DNA from: a virus
IMG/VR virus record: IMGVR_UViG_3300013126_000011
Length of the DNA stretch: 64,000 bases
Reading direction: 5' to 3' (one strand)
Below the pieces are notes generated by a model. That model was not told the origin of the DNA and ran no database searches. It saw nothing but the letters and a program-made list of their open reading frames with translations. The translations under genes and the position numbers were made by a program. This document shows positions 8,464-17,630 of the stretch, one piece after another (position 1 is the stretch's first letter; every line of letters begins with the position of its first letter).

Positions 8464-9474
8464 ATGTCGTTCAATATTCCCAAGCATACAATTCTTCTTA
8501 CAATCGCTGGTTCTAGAGCATATGGCATTCATCGCCCAGAATCGGACGTAGATATCAAAGGCGTGATTATTCCTCCTGTTGAATATCTGTACGGTACCAA
8601 GCGTTTCGAACAGTTCGATAAACCAGAAACAATCAAGAACGCATACTTTGATATGCTCAATGATGTGGAAAGGCAGGTTTCCAGAGATATCAAGCTCGAA
8701 GGATCTGCCTATGATCTTCGTAAGTTTGTAAGTCTTGCCGCAGAAAACAACCCAAATATTCTCGAAAGCTTGTTCTGTCGAGATGAAGAAGTAAGATTTA
8801 TTACTCCGCTTGGACAGAAGCTAAGAGATAATCGAGACTTGTTTTTGAGCAAGAAGGTTCGTTATAGTCTTGCTGGTTATGCTTTTGCTCAGTTGCAGAG
8901 AATTAAGACTCACCGTGAATGGCTGCTCAACCCTCCGAAGGTTGAACCGACCAGAGAGTTGTTTGGTCTGCCAACTGTTCACAAGACATTCCAGAGAGAG
9001 CACTTGAATGCCCTTCTTACGCTCACAAAGCCTGTTTTGGAGAGCCTCGGGCTTTCTCGGGAAGGGATTGACCTGATCTTTAAAGAACGCGCTTACGAGG
9101 ATGCTAGGCGTCATTGGGAGCAGTTTAAGAATTGGCAGAAAAATCGCAACCCTGCCCGTGCCGACATTGAAGCAAAATATGGATATGACACCAAGCACGG
9201 TGGTCATCTTTATCGTTTGCTTTCGATGGGCAAGGAAGCATTGCTGACTGGAAAGATCAACGTTTGGCGTGGTGATATTGACGCAGAACAGATTCTTGCA
9301 ATTCGGGCAGGAATGTGGAGCTACGATCAGTTGATCGAATGGGCAACGAACATCGAAGCGGAGCTTGACGGACTCTATAAGTCTTGCACTTGTTTGCCTC
9401 ACAGTCCTGATCGTGAAGGAATTGATAAGTTGTGCGTTGAGCTTCACCAGGAATTTCATCAAACAAAGGAATAA
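8464..9474 (+). CDS. RlaP/YcgL-like Pol-beta superfamily nucleotidyltransferase
   Basis: GSRAYG..SDVDIKGV, NPNILE, GYDTKHGGHLYRLL. Confidence 0.85.
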   Translation: MSFNIPKHTILLTIAGSRAYGIHRPESDVDIKGVIIPPVEYLYGTKRFEQFDKPETIKNAYFDMLNDVERQVSRDIKLEGSAYDLRKFVSLAAENNPNILESLFCRDEEVRFITPLGQKLRDNRDLFLSKKVRYSLAGYAFAQLQRIKTHREWLLNPPKVEPTRELFGLPTVHKTFQREHLNALLTLTKPVLESLGLSREGIDLIFKERAYEDARRHWEQFKNWQKNRNPARADIEAKYGYDTKHGGHLYRLLSMGKEALLTGKINVWRGDIDAEQILAIRAGMWSYDQLIEWATNIEAELDGLYKSCTCLPHSPDREGIDKLCVELHQEFHQTKE

Positions 9475-9479
9475 ATTAA

Positions 9480-10373
9480 ATGTCAAGCAATCTGATTCGC
9501 CCGATGCTGGCAGTTGACGTTAAAGACGTTGCCAACATCAAGTTTCCTATTTATGCTCAACCCAAGATCGATGGTATTCGATGCTTGAAGGTAAATGGGC
9601 AAATTGTTTCTCGTAATTTCAAGCCCATTCCAAACAAGTACATTCGTTCTGTTCTTGAACGAATTCTTCCAGAGGGCGTTGATGGAGAAATCGTTGGTGC
9701 AAATATGGAAGATTTTCAAGCAACCGTTAGTGCTGTCATGAATCGAGAAGGCGAACCAGAGTTTTATTACAACGCATTCGATTATGTAGAGGATGCTTTG
9801 TTTACTCCGTTTAATAATCGATATGCAGCGCTCAAGGAATGGCACAATAGTCAGAATTCCAATATTGTTCGTCTTGTAGAAGTCAAATATATTGAAAATG
9901 TTGAAGAATTGCGCGCTTATGAAAACGAATGTCTTTCTGCTGGTTATGAAGGTTTGATTCTTCGGAGCCTTTACGGCAAGTATAAGTGTGGTCGAAGCAC
10001 CATTAATGAACAGCTTTTGCTTAAACTTAAACAGTTCCAAGATAGCGAAGCAAAAATTGTCGGGTACGAACCTCTAATGCACAACGAGAATGCCAAGGAG
10101 AGGGACGTATTTGGGGATTCCAAGCGTTCCAGCAAAAAGGACGGACTAGTTGCTATGGAAACCTTGGGAGCGCTTCTAGTGGTCGATAACGTCACAAACG
10201 TAGACTTTAAAATTGGTACAGGTTTTGATGCAGCTTTGCGTGAGCAGATTTGGCAAAATCGTGATACTTATATGGGAAAGCTTGTGAAATACAAGTATTT
10301 CGCGATTGGTGAAAAAGACAAGCCACGATTTCCTACGTTCCTTGGATTTAGACACGAGAACGATATGGATTGA
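9480..10373 (+). CDS. minimal ATP-dependent DNA ligase (Chlorella virus-type, with latch)
   Basis: KIDGIR, DGEI, FD, EGLILR, YKCGRST..LLKLK, IGTGFD, KPRFP. Confidence 0.92.
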   Translation: MSSNLIRPMLAVDVKDVANIKFPIYAQPKIDGIRCLKVNGQIVSRNFKPIPNKYIRSVLERILPEGVDGEIVGANMEDFQATVSAVMNREGEPEFYYNAFDYVEDALFTPFNNRYAALKEWHNSQNSNIVRLVEVKYIENVEELRAYENECLSAGYEGLILRSLYGKYKCGRSTINEQLLLKLKQFQDSEAKIVGYEPLMHNENAKERDVFGDSKRSSKKDGLVAMETLGALLVVDNVTNVDFKIGTGFDAALREQIWQNRDTYMGKLVKYKYFAIGEKDKPRFPTFLGFRHENDMD

Positions 10374-10396
10374 TCAGATGGAGATTTAAACGATAG

Positions 10397-12235
10397 TTGA
10401 CGATTAGATTAATCCCGACAACGTATGCCAGCCCGGCTGCGGCTTTAGCTGCTTGTGGTGCTGGTGATACGATCATCTTTGAAGCTGCTGCTAACTCTTC
10501 CTACACAAATCAAGATTTATCTACAAAGGGAGCGACCGCCAATATTACGTGGCTGAATCAAAAAGGCTCCAAGATAACGATAACTTTAATTAATAATACT
10601 TCGCTGGTGCCCGGTAACGGTTGGATTTTTGGAAGCATTGAGGGCTCGGACTCGACTGCTTTCGATTTTTCTTGTGTGGGATCTCCTGGCGGTGCTGGTG
10701 GTTGTTGTTATATATCTTCCGGTAAGAGCGTCACGATGTATGACACGTGTATTCACGGAAACTCTTCTGGTGGTACAGCCGTTCGGTTGGAAGCCGGTGC
10801 GTCAAATGCTATTTTGGCGGCAAGGCGTTGTCAATTTCAAGCCTATACAATTTTTCCGAATAATGCGCTATCGGGCGCGTCGGTTCAGTTGACAACTAAC
10901 GGTGGCTCTACGTCCAGGGCAATTTTAAGCGCCTACGATACGATATTTTATGGGCAGGGAGCCTCTGGTGGTACTGGAATTGAGTGCAGTGCTGGTGTCA
11001 GGGGTCAATATTATACTGAGCGTTGTACATTTCGTACAATGTCGTGGGGAATATATTTGCCCGGCATATTTGGTACAAATGGTTCAACTTCTCTTTATTG
11101 TGAATTTTATAATTTGGCAATTGGCATTGCACATGCTGCTACTTTAAATCCTCAATTGGTCATTAAGCGCTGTACATTTGGAAACAACTCCATTACGGAT
11201 TATCTGCGAAATGTTAACAGCAAAACGAACGTTGTCGTGGATTCTTGTTGGTTTGAGACAATGGAGGTTCAGGCTGGCGCGGCTTGGACAAAAAATGGAT
11301 ATGAAACGTGTACTGCGGGAACTCCGGGTGCTAGCGACTTTGTTTGTTCTCACATTTCTGCTGCATTTACAAATTGGGCGTCATCTAATTTTGATATCGC
11401 CAGTTCTAGTTCTTTATTGGTAGGCACTGGCAATGACGCTGCTGGCGAACATTTAGATCGCGCCGGACGCCCGGCTGTCGTCGGTCTTTCTGATGTCGGC
11501 GCTTACGAATTGCAGTGTACTGATCCCGCGTTTGGTGAGACAACATTAAATGCAACTTGCGCTGGTACTGTGGGCGACGCAGTTGTCTCTTGGACAACTG
11601 CCAGTATGGACGGTAGCTACGATCTTTTTGGAATTTATTCTGGAAGTACTCAGCTTGGTACTGTTGGAATCACGACTGGATCTTTTGCTGTTACTGGTAC
11701 TGTGGGTGAGGTGATAGTCTATACACTCAAGGCTCGTTCTGGTTGCGACAGTATTACTTGGGTGACTGGTCCTACGGCTTCTTTTTCTTATTCTTCAGTT
11801 GCAGATTGGGGTGGTACAGAAGAGTTGAGTTTTTTTAGACTCTCCGAGACAGCCATTAATATTGCGTGGGATACTAGTTCGATCACGGGAGTCGTTAACG
11901 GTTATGATGTTTATGCGGACGATGTTTTGGTTGCAGAATTGGGACTAGTTGATGAATGTGGAGCAACCGCTAGCTTCTTGTCAACTCACACCTATAAAAT
12001 CAGTCTTATTGATGAATGTGGATATGAAGTGGATGGACCTACCGGCAGCTTTTACTTTGATTGGTTAATTCCTACTGACTTTGGCTGCTTTAAAATTAAT
12101 CCATCAAATCACAACATACAATCAGCGGTATGCGTTAGCTTTGATCATCTTCGAAACATTGAGCAAGTTCCTCTATCCTTGTCTCTTCCGGTAACGACTA
12201 TTAGAAAAAACAAACCTTATAGAGTTGGAACATAG
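10397..12235 (+). CDS. parallel beta-helix (pectin lyase-like) fibre/spike protein with C-terminal FN3/Ig-like region
   Basis: G/S/T/C-rich beta-helix repeats (RCTF, CEFYN), DVGAYE motif, FN3-like WTT..YTLKAR; TTG start. Confidence 0.65.
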   Translation: MTIRLIPTTYASPAAALAACGAGDTIIFEAAANSSYTNQDLSTKGATANITWLNQKGSKITITLINNTSLVPGNGWIFGSIEGSDSTAFDFSCVGSPGGAGGCCYISSGKSVTMYDTCIHGNSSGGTAVRLEAGASNAILAARRCQFQAYTIFPNNALSGASVQLTTNGGSTSRAILSAYDTIFYGQGASGGTGIECSAGVRGQYYTERCTFRTMSWGIYLPGIFGTNGSTSLYCEFYNLAIGIAHAATLNPQLVIKRCTFGNNSITDYLRNVNSKTNVVVDSCWFETMEVQAGAAWTKNGYETCTAGTPGASDFVCSHISAAFTNWASSNFDIASSSSLLVGTGNDAAGEHLDRAGRPAVVGLSDVGAYELQCTDPAFGETTLNATCAGTVGDAVVSWTTASMDGSYDLFGIYSGSTQLGTVGITTGSFAVTGTVGEVIVYTLKARSGCDSITWVTGPTASFSYSSVADWGGTEELSFFRLSETAINIAWDTSSITGVVNGYDVYADDVLVAELGLVDECGATASFLSTHTYKISLIDECGYEVDGPTGSFYFDWLIPTDFGCFKINPSNHNIQSAVCVSFDHLRNIEQVPLSLSLPVTTIRKNKPYRVGT

Positions 12236-12237
12236 TA

Positions 12238-12822
12238 ATGGAATATAGTCGGTTATATTGCGATCTCGACGGAGTTCTTGTAAATTTCGATTTTGGTGCC
12301 GTAGAACGCTGTAATTTGGCAATGAAAAACGGCGAAGTATCGTCAAACTTGATTAAACAGGTTAGGCAAGATCTTGGACGAGATTATCTTTGGGTTGGTG
12401 ATTTCGCAATGCACAAAAAAGAAAGTAATCCGAAATCTCTTCGAAAACTATTACATACCGTAATAGCAAAGAATCGTGAATTTTGGGCGACGTTGCCATT
12501 CATGCCTGATGGCGAACAACTTTGGAGGGCAATTGGAAGCCGCGCTTATATTCTTTCAAAGCCAATGTCGGAAGAGTGCGCGCAAGGAAAAATAGAATGG
12601 TGTATCAAGAATTTGGGAATTACAAAAAATAAAATCATATTGACATCGTGGGAATCCTCAAAAGATAAATCTGCATATGCAAAAAATGGAGAAACTCCTA
12701 ACATTTTGATTGATGATTATGCTGGATTTATTGAGCCATTTCGCGCTGTTGGTGGAATTGGTATTTTGCACACGAGCACACCAGACACATTGAGGCAATT
12801 GCAAAGGATTTTGTCTATTTAG
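12238..12822 (+). CDS. HAD-family 5'(3')-(deoxy)ribonucleotidase-like protein
   Basis: YCDLDGVLVNF, ILS, GKIEW, ILIDD, GGIGILH. Confidence 0.85.
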   Translation: MEYSRLYCDLDGVLVNFDFGAVERCNLAMKNGEVSSNLIKQVRQDLGRDYLWVGDFAMHKKESNPKSLRKLLHTVIAKNREFWATLPFMPDGEQLWRAIGSRAYILSKPMSEECAQGKIEWCIKNLGITKNKIILTSWESSKDKSAYAKNGETPNILIDDYAGFIEPFRAVGGIGILHTSTPDTLRQLQRILSI

Positions 12823-12825
12823 AAC

Positions 12826-14652
12826 ATGATGAAAATTACCGGTAACATTCAAAACGAATTAAAAGAAATGGTTATGGACTTCTATGATTTTGCCAAGCCA
12901 TATATGAAATTTGATAAAGATGTAACGAAAACCAATTTTGTTTCAGATAACGAAAATGCCAAGAAAATCTTGGGAATGACTGGATATTATAATCCAGAAG
13001 ATTATTCCGTTACAATTTATACTGATCGGCGACACCCAAAAGACATATTACGTTCATTGGCACACGAGTTAGTGCATCATGCTCAAAATTGCAAAGGCGA
13101 ATTTAATGATGGCTCTTTGGATGAAGCAGCAGAAGAAGGTTATGCACAGGTTAATCCGAAGCTTCGAAGCATGGAAAAGCAAGCCATGCTCATCGGAAAT
13201 ATCTGCTTTCGAGATTGGGAAGATGGAATAAAGACCGGTCGAAACAATTCAAAAGCTCCTAGTTATATTGTAGAAAATCGAGAAAGGTATATTCGTTTGT
13301 TGAATCAAGAACAAAATGGACTGTTGATGGAACGCGCCCTTAAGACTAAATGGAATCTATCAGAAGCTTATGAAGATCGATCTGTTGAACCAAATATGAT
13401 GGAAGCAATTGGCGGAAATTTTGATCGAGTTAATGCTTTAGCGAAAAGATATCAGCAAACACAAGAAGATTCCGATCTTGAAGTGTTGAAACAGGCTTTC
13501 GAAGAAAACGTCGTACCAATGTTGTCCCAGGCTGGATTGGATTACAAAGGATTTCACAAATACGATGCAATGCTCAAAAGAGAAACTGTTGCAGTGTTCA
13601 GAGCTTTGAAAACTGAATCTGATTATAAGGTTGCGAGAGTTCATATCGATTTAGATCCGTTGACGAAGCTATTTTCAACTTCAGTTGAAACTGATCACAA
13701 TTTTCTAGAGCGGGATTGGAATAGAATCGAAAAGGCAGTAGAATATATCAAACGTGCTCTTGGTCAAGGTCAAGAACCAATTGAAACGCAAGAAAAACCA
13801 AGTCTTAAGGAGAATACAGGAATGAAGAACGTTCCAAAGGCAGGAAAATTCAAGTACACAAAGAAAATCACAAAAGAGAATATCGCCAATATTGTTGAAT
13901 CATATATGCGTAAGCTCAAGGAAAGCAAGGGAACACTAGGTCAGACTCAAATTAATGAGATGGTCGCCAACGTTGTCCGCTTCATGATGGAGCAGAATGA
14001 CAAAAATATGAAGCCCGCTCAAGGTAAGCCAGCTGGTGCTATGGTGCAAGAGCAAGGCGACAAGAACATGAAGCCAGCGCAGGGCAAGCCTACTGGAGCA
14101 ATGGTTCAGGAGCAGGGTGATAAAAATATGAAGCCCGCCCAAGGAAAACCAAAGGGCGCGATGGTTCAGGAATCTGACGGTGCCAACGAATACAAGTACG
14201 AAAAGGCTGGTAACAAGCCAAAGGGTTCATTAGTTGAGGAAGATCTTGACAAGCTAGTCAATGAAGTGTTGGGTGAGTTTAACGAATCTTATGGCGACGT
14301 AGATCCTTCTGCACCTTGGTCTTCGGCTGATGAATTTGGCAATTCGACTCCAAGTGATGCTTATGGTCCTGGCGACACCTTCACCGGCAATCCTCGCGAT
14401 GCCGGGCTAGAAACTGATGTTAACAACTATGCCGATACTGAGCTTGGAATGGACGAAGATATTGTTCCTCCAACTCCTGATGCAACAAATACTCTCACCG
14501 CTGAACCAGAACCAAACTGGCTATATGGTGATGAGCCTCTAGCCGAAGAAAAGGAAATTTATGAGCGTTGTGCTCCTGGCTCAAAAGATAAGCTTTATGA
14601 GGGTCGTCATAGTCGTACAGCCAAGAAGCTTCTTTCTTGGGCAGTTCGATAA
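12826..14652 (+). CDS. HExxH metallopeptidase-like N-terminus plus low-complexity, xxE-rich tail; probable head-internal protein
   Basis: RHPKDILRSLAHELVHHAQN; 3x 20-aa repeat; numerous [LIVM]xE sites. Confidence 0.65.
   Translation: MMKITGNIQNELKEMVMDFYDFAKPYMKFDKDVTKTNFVSDNENAKKILGMTGYYNPEDYSVTIYTDRRHPKDILRSLAHELVHHAQNCKGEFNDGSLDEAAEEGYAQVNPKLRSMEKQAMLIGNICFRDWEDGIKTGRNNSKAPSYIVENRERYIRLLNQEQNGLLMERALKTKWNLSEAYEDRSVEPNMMEAIGGNFDRVNALAKRYQQTQEDSDLEVLKQAFEENVVPMLSQAGLDYKGFHKYDAMLKRETVAVFRALKTESDYKVARVHIDLDPLTKLFSTSVETDHNFLERDWNRIEKAVEYIKRALGQGQEPIETQEKPSLKENTGMKNVPKAGKFKYTKKITKENIANIVESYMRKLKESKGTLGQTQINEMVANVVRFMMEQNDKNMKPAQGKPAGAMVQEQGDKNMKPAQGKPTGAMVQEQGDKNMKPAQGKPKGAMVQESDGANEYKYEKAGNKPKGSLVEEDLDKLVNEVLGEFNESYGDVDPSAPWSSADEFGNSTPSDAYGPGDTFTGNPRDAGLETDVNNYADTELGMDEDIVPPTPDATNTLTAEPEPNWLYGDEPLAEEKEIYERCAPGSKDKLYEGRHSRTAKKLLSWAVR
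13990..14169 (+). repeat. 3 x 60-bp coding repeat (EQ[NG]DKNMKPAQGKPxGAMVQ)
   Basis: near-identical peptide units with many synonymous differences. Confidence 0.92.
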
Positions 14653-14680
14653 ATCAAACTAAAATTATAAGAGGTCTATA

Positions 14681-15022
14681 ATGATTCCAGTTGCAGTATT
14701 AAATCGTCTTAAGAAACAAGCGCAACAGAGGCACGAAAAGCTGGTTCTCAATGTGCCACCGACAAAGCAAGATATCGTCACAACTGCGCCCGTTGCAATT
14801 GAAGAAAAAGTTCCAACAATTACGGTGATCGAAACGTTTAAGGTGGGTCAAGAGTTGGCAGAAGAACCGTCAAGCGCAGTTGTAGATTCAATTCCGGAAC
14901 CGGCAACAGTTCCAGAAATGACAAAAAAAGAAATCATGAAGGCATTAACTGAGGCTGGTATCACATTCGACAAGTACCGAACTCGTGCCGAACTTTTGGA
15001 ATTATTGCCAACGAATGATTAA
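14681..15022 (+). CDS. small protein with C-terminal HeH/LEM-like helical domain
   Basis: MTKKEIMKALTEAGITFDKYRTRAELLELL. Confidence 0.6.
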   Translation: MIPVAVLNRLKKQAQQRHEKLVLNVPPTKQDIVTTAPVAIEEKVPTITVIETFKVGQELAEEPSSAVVDSIPEPATVPEMTKKEIMKALTEAGITFDKYRTRAELLELLPTND

Positions 15023-15251
15023 TCACGATGATATGACAAGAAGATTTCTTCTGTACGAAGGAGAAATGCAGGAATCAGGAGTCTTTTCCAGAATTCAAGC
15101 AATTCAAGATCTTCTGTCTAAAATCTCTCCAAAATCTCAAATGGACGTTCGACGTATCGAAATGATTGACGACAACCTAAGAGCATTACGTCGAATTGTC
15201 AGAGCCTTAACTTCAAAGGATTCACAAGAAGCCGATATCTCAGGAGAATAA
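15015..15251 (+). CDS. hypothetical helical protein
   Basis: start ATG 15015 overlaps the end of the previous gene. Confidence 0.6.
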   Translation: MINHDDMTRRFLLYEGEMQESGVFSRIQAIQDLLSKISPKSQMDVRRIEMIDDNLRALRRIVRALTSKDSQEADISGE

Positions 15252-15257
15252 AGTATC

Positions 15258-17603
15258 ATGCAACACTCTAGAATCTTGCTGACGGAGGGTGGTGTTGCAG
15301 GACACATGATGCACCTGTATGAAAATCCAGATCTGTCTTTCACTGATATCAAGTCAATATTCTACAAAGCTGCAAATGGAAAGTTAGCCGGTACTGAAAA
15401 AACTGACGGTCAGAATCTATATGTTTCTTATTCTGTCAAGGAAAATCGTGCAAAAGCTGCCAGAAACAAGGGCAACATCAAGTCTGGTGGATTGAATGTT
15501 CAAGAGCTAGCAGAAAAATTTGCTGATCGTGGAGATTTAACTTATACGTTTACGGAATCTTTTGCGGCTTTCGAAAAAGCAATGCAGACTTTAGATGAAA
15601 AAACGCTGATTGGGATTTTTGGTCCGGACGCAAATGTGTTCTATAACGCAGAAATCATGGACCCTCGCAGTTCGAACGTTATTCATTATGATACAAAATC
15701 GTTAGTATTTCATCAAGTTGGCCATGCCGAATTCGAAAGAGAAACTGGCACGGTAAAAGATTCTGATGTTAGCGAAAATGTTAGACTTTTGAACAAAACA
15801 GTTCAAGAGATTGAAAAGCGTTTGCAGCAGACCGCTGGAGATGAGTATCGTCTTAAGATTAACGCGGTGCGTTATCTCAAGTTTATGAGCGAACAGAAGC
15901 CCTATGAGCATGCAATTGTTAGGCTCGATCGCGAATTGCAAAAATATCACTTAACTGAAGAAGAAACGATATCGGATTATTTGGTTGCGCGTATGTTACC
16001 AGAGGTAAACAAGCGCGTACCAAACGCTAGTAAAGAAGCAAAGGCAATGTTGCTTAAGCGTTTATTGGGCGCAGAAGGATTCTCTGCCAACGACGTATTG
16101 GCTTTATTTCCAAAAGAACAGAAGCAATTAATTCGTGATATTATCAGAGAACAGTCGACTCTACTAAAGATGGCAATTTGGCCAATAGAAGACATTGTGC
16201 ATGATTTTTCTGTCGAAGCGTTAAAGGGATTGCAGTCTGCTTTTATCCTTGACAACGAAAAGGAAGTGCAAAGACTTCGAGATGAGGTTGCTACGGCTGT
16301 TGCAGCAATCAAAAATTCTAAAAACGAAGATGCAATGGTTATTTTGCAGCAACAAATGAAGAAACTGAAGGAAGTTGACAATATTCATACTGCTGCCGAA
16401 GGCTTTGTGTTCGTTTATAACGGACAAACATACAAATTTACTGGCAACTTTGCGCCGATGAATCAGTTGTTGGGATTGTTCAAGTATGGTCGCGGCAATA
16501 TTCCGGCAATGATTAAAGAGGAAGATGGTGCCGTCACAGAACCAGTAGAAATCGATTCTGGTTTTCATTTGCGTGGCGGAAGAAAGTTGGCTTTGATTCC
16601 TGGTGCATTTAAGCCACCTCACAAGGGTCACTTGGAGATGGTTAAAGCGTATGCTCAACATTCAGACAAAGTGATTGTTTTTATGTCGCCATTGCCAAGA
16701 AGAATGCCGGATGGTAAAGAAATGACATTCCAGATCGCAAAAAGCATTTGGATTACATATCTCAAGGCAGAGAAGCTTAATGATCGAGTTGAAGTGCTAG
16801 AATCTCCAGTCAATTCTCCAGTTGGAGCAGTATACTTGTTCGTCGCAAACGAGAAAGATGATCCTGAATGGGCGCAACCAGGGGATATTATCGCTTTGGG
16901 CGTATCGACAAAGGGTGGAGATCAAGAAAGGTTCGAAAAGGCTCAAAAATATGCCAGAGAAGGTGTAACTGTATTGAGTGGCGAAGAGGCTGCTGTAGCA
17001 CCAACTATTGAGGGTGGTGTTGAATTATCCGCTAGTGATATGCGCGCCGCCATTACGAATGGCGATCTCAAATCGTTCACTAGATTTATTCCAGATTCTT
17101 TGAGACAATATGCGGAACAAATCATGGTCAACATTCAAAAGAAGCTGGAACAGCAATCAAATGCCTTAATCAAGGAGCGATTGATTCGTTTTATTGACAA
17201 GAAATTATTCGAAGCTCTTACTGGAAGGATCGATAACAGTCTAGATATTCCGAGAGAAGCTTTGCCGCAAATCAAGGATATGGACGATTTTCGAAAGTAC
17301 TTAAACCGTCGTAGTCGCTCAATCAAATATGTTGAAAAATCGATTCGACCAAGAGATATAATGCCAATTCAAAAGGAATTTGATCCTGCAAAAGTAGAAA
17401 AATTCAAGAAATGGCTGATTGATAATCCTCAAGAACCTAGAAAACCAGTCGTGATATCAAAAGATTTGTATGTTATCGATGGACATCATCGTTGGTTGGC
17501 GGCTATGGATCATCCAAATACACCGGTTGAAGTGTTGCAAATCAATTTACCGTTTGCTGAAGTACTTAAATTAGCTAAACAATATGCAGCCACGAAGGCA
17601 TAA
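15258..17603 (+). CDS. three-domain fusion: ligase-like covalent NTase + HIGH-type (cytidylyl/adenylyl) transferase + ParB/Srx-like domain
   Basis: TEKTDGQN, NAEIM, AEGFVF, YKFTG; PGAFKPPHKGH..LSASDMR; VVISKDLYVIDGHHRW. Confidence 0.72.
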   Translation: MQHSRILLTEGGVAGHMMHLYENPDLSFTDIKSIFYKAANGKLAGTEKTDGQNLYVSYSVKENRAKAARNKGNIKSGGLNVQELAEKFADRGDLTYTFTESFAAFEKAMQTLDEKTLIGIFGPDANVFYNAEIMDPRSSNVIHYDTKSLVFHQVGHAEFERETGTVKDSDVSENVRLLNKTVQEIEKRLQQTAGDEYRLKINAVRYLKFMSEQKPYEHAIVRLDRELQKYHLTEEETISDYLVARMLPEVNKRVPNASKEAKAMLLKRLLGAEGFSANDVLALFPKEQKQLIRDIIREQSTLLKMAIWPIEDIVHDFSVEALKGLQSAFILDNEKEVQRLRDEVATAVAAIKNSKNEDAMVILQQQMKKLKEVDNIHTAAEGFVFVYNGQTYKFTGNFAPMNQLLGLFKYGRGNIPAMIKEEDGAVTEPVEIDSGFHLRGGRKLALIPGAFKPPHKGHLEMVKAYAQHSDKVIVFMSPLPRRMPDGKEMTFQIAKSIWITYLKAEKLNDRVEVLESPVNSPVGAVYLFVANEKDDPEWAQPGDIIALGVSTKGGDQERFEKAQKYAREGVTVLSGEEAAVAPTIEGGVELSASDMRAAITNGDLKSFTRFIPDSLRQYAEQIMVNIQKKLEQQSNALIKERLIRFIDKKLFEALTGRIDNSLDIPREALPQIKDMDDFRKYLNRRSRSIKYVEKSIRPRDIMPIQKEFDPAKVEKFKKWLIDNPQEPRKPVVISKDLYVIDGHHRWLAAMDHPNTPVEVLQINLPFAEVLKLAKQYAATKA

Positions 17604-17630
17604 TTATAGAAACGAGTTGGAGCGATAAGC

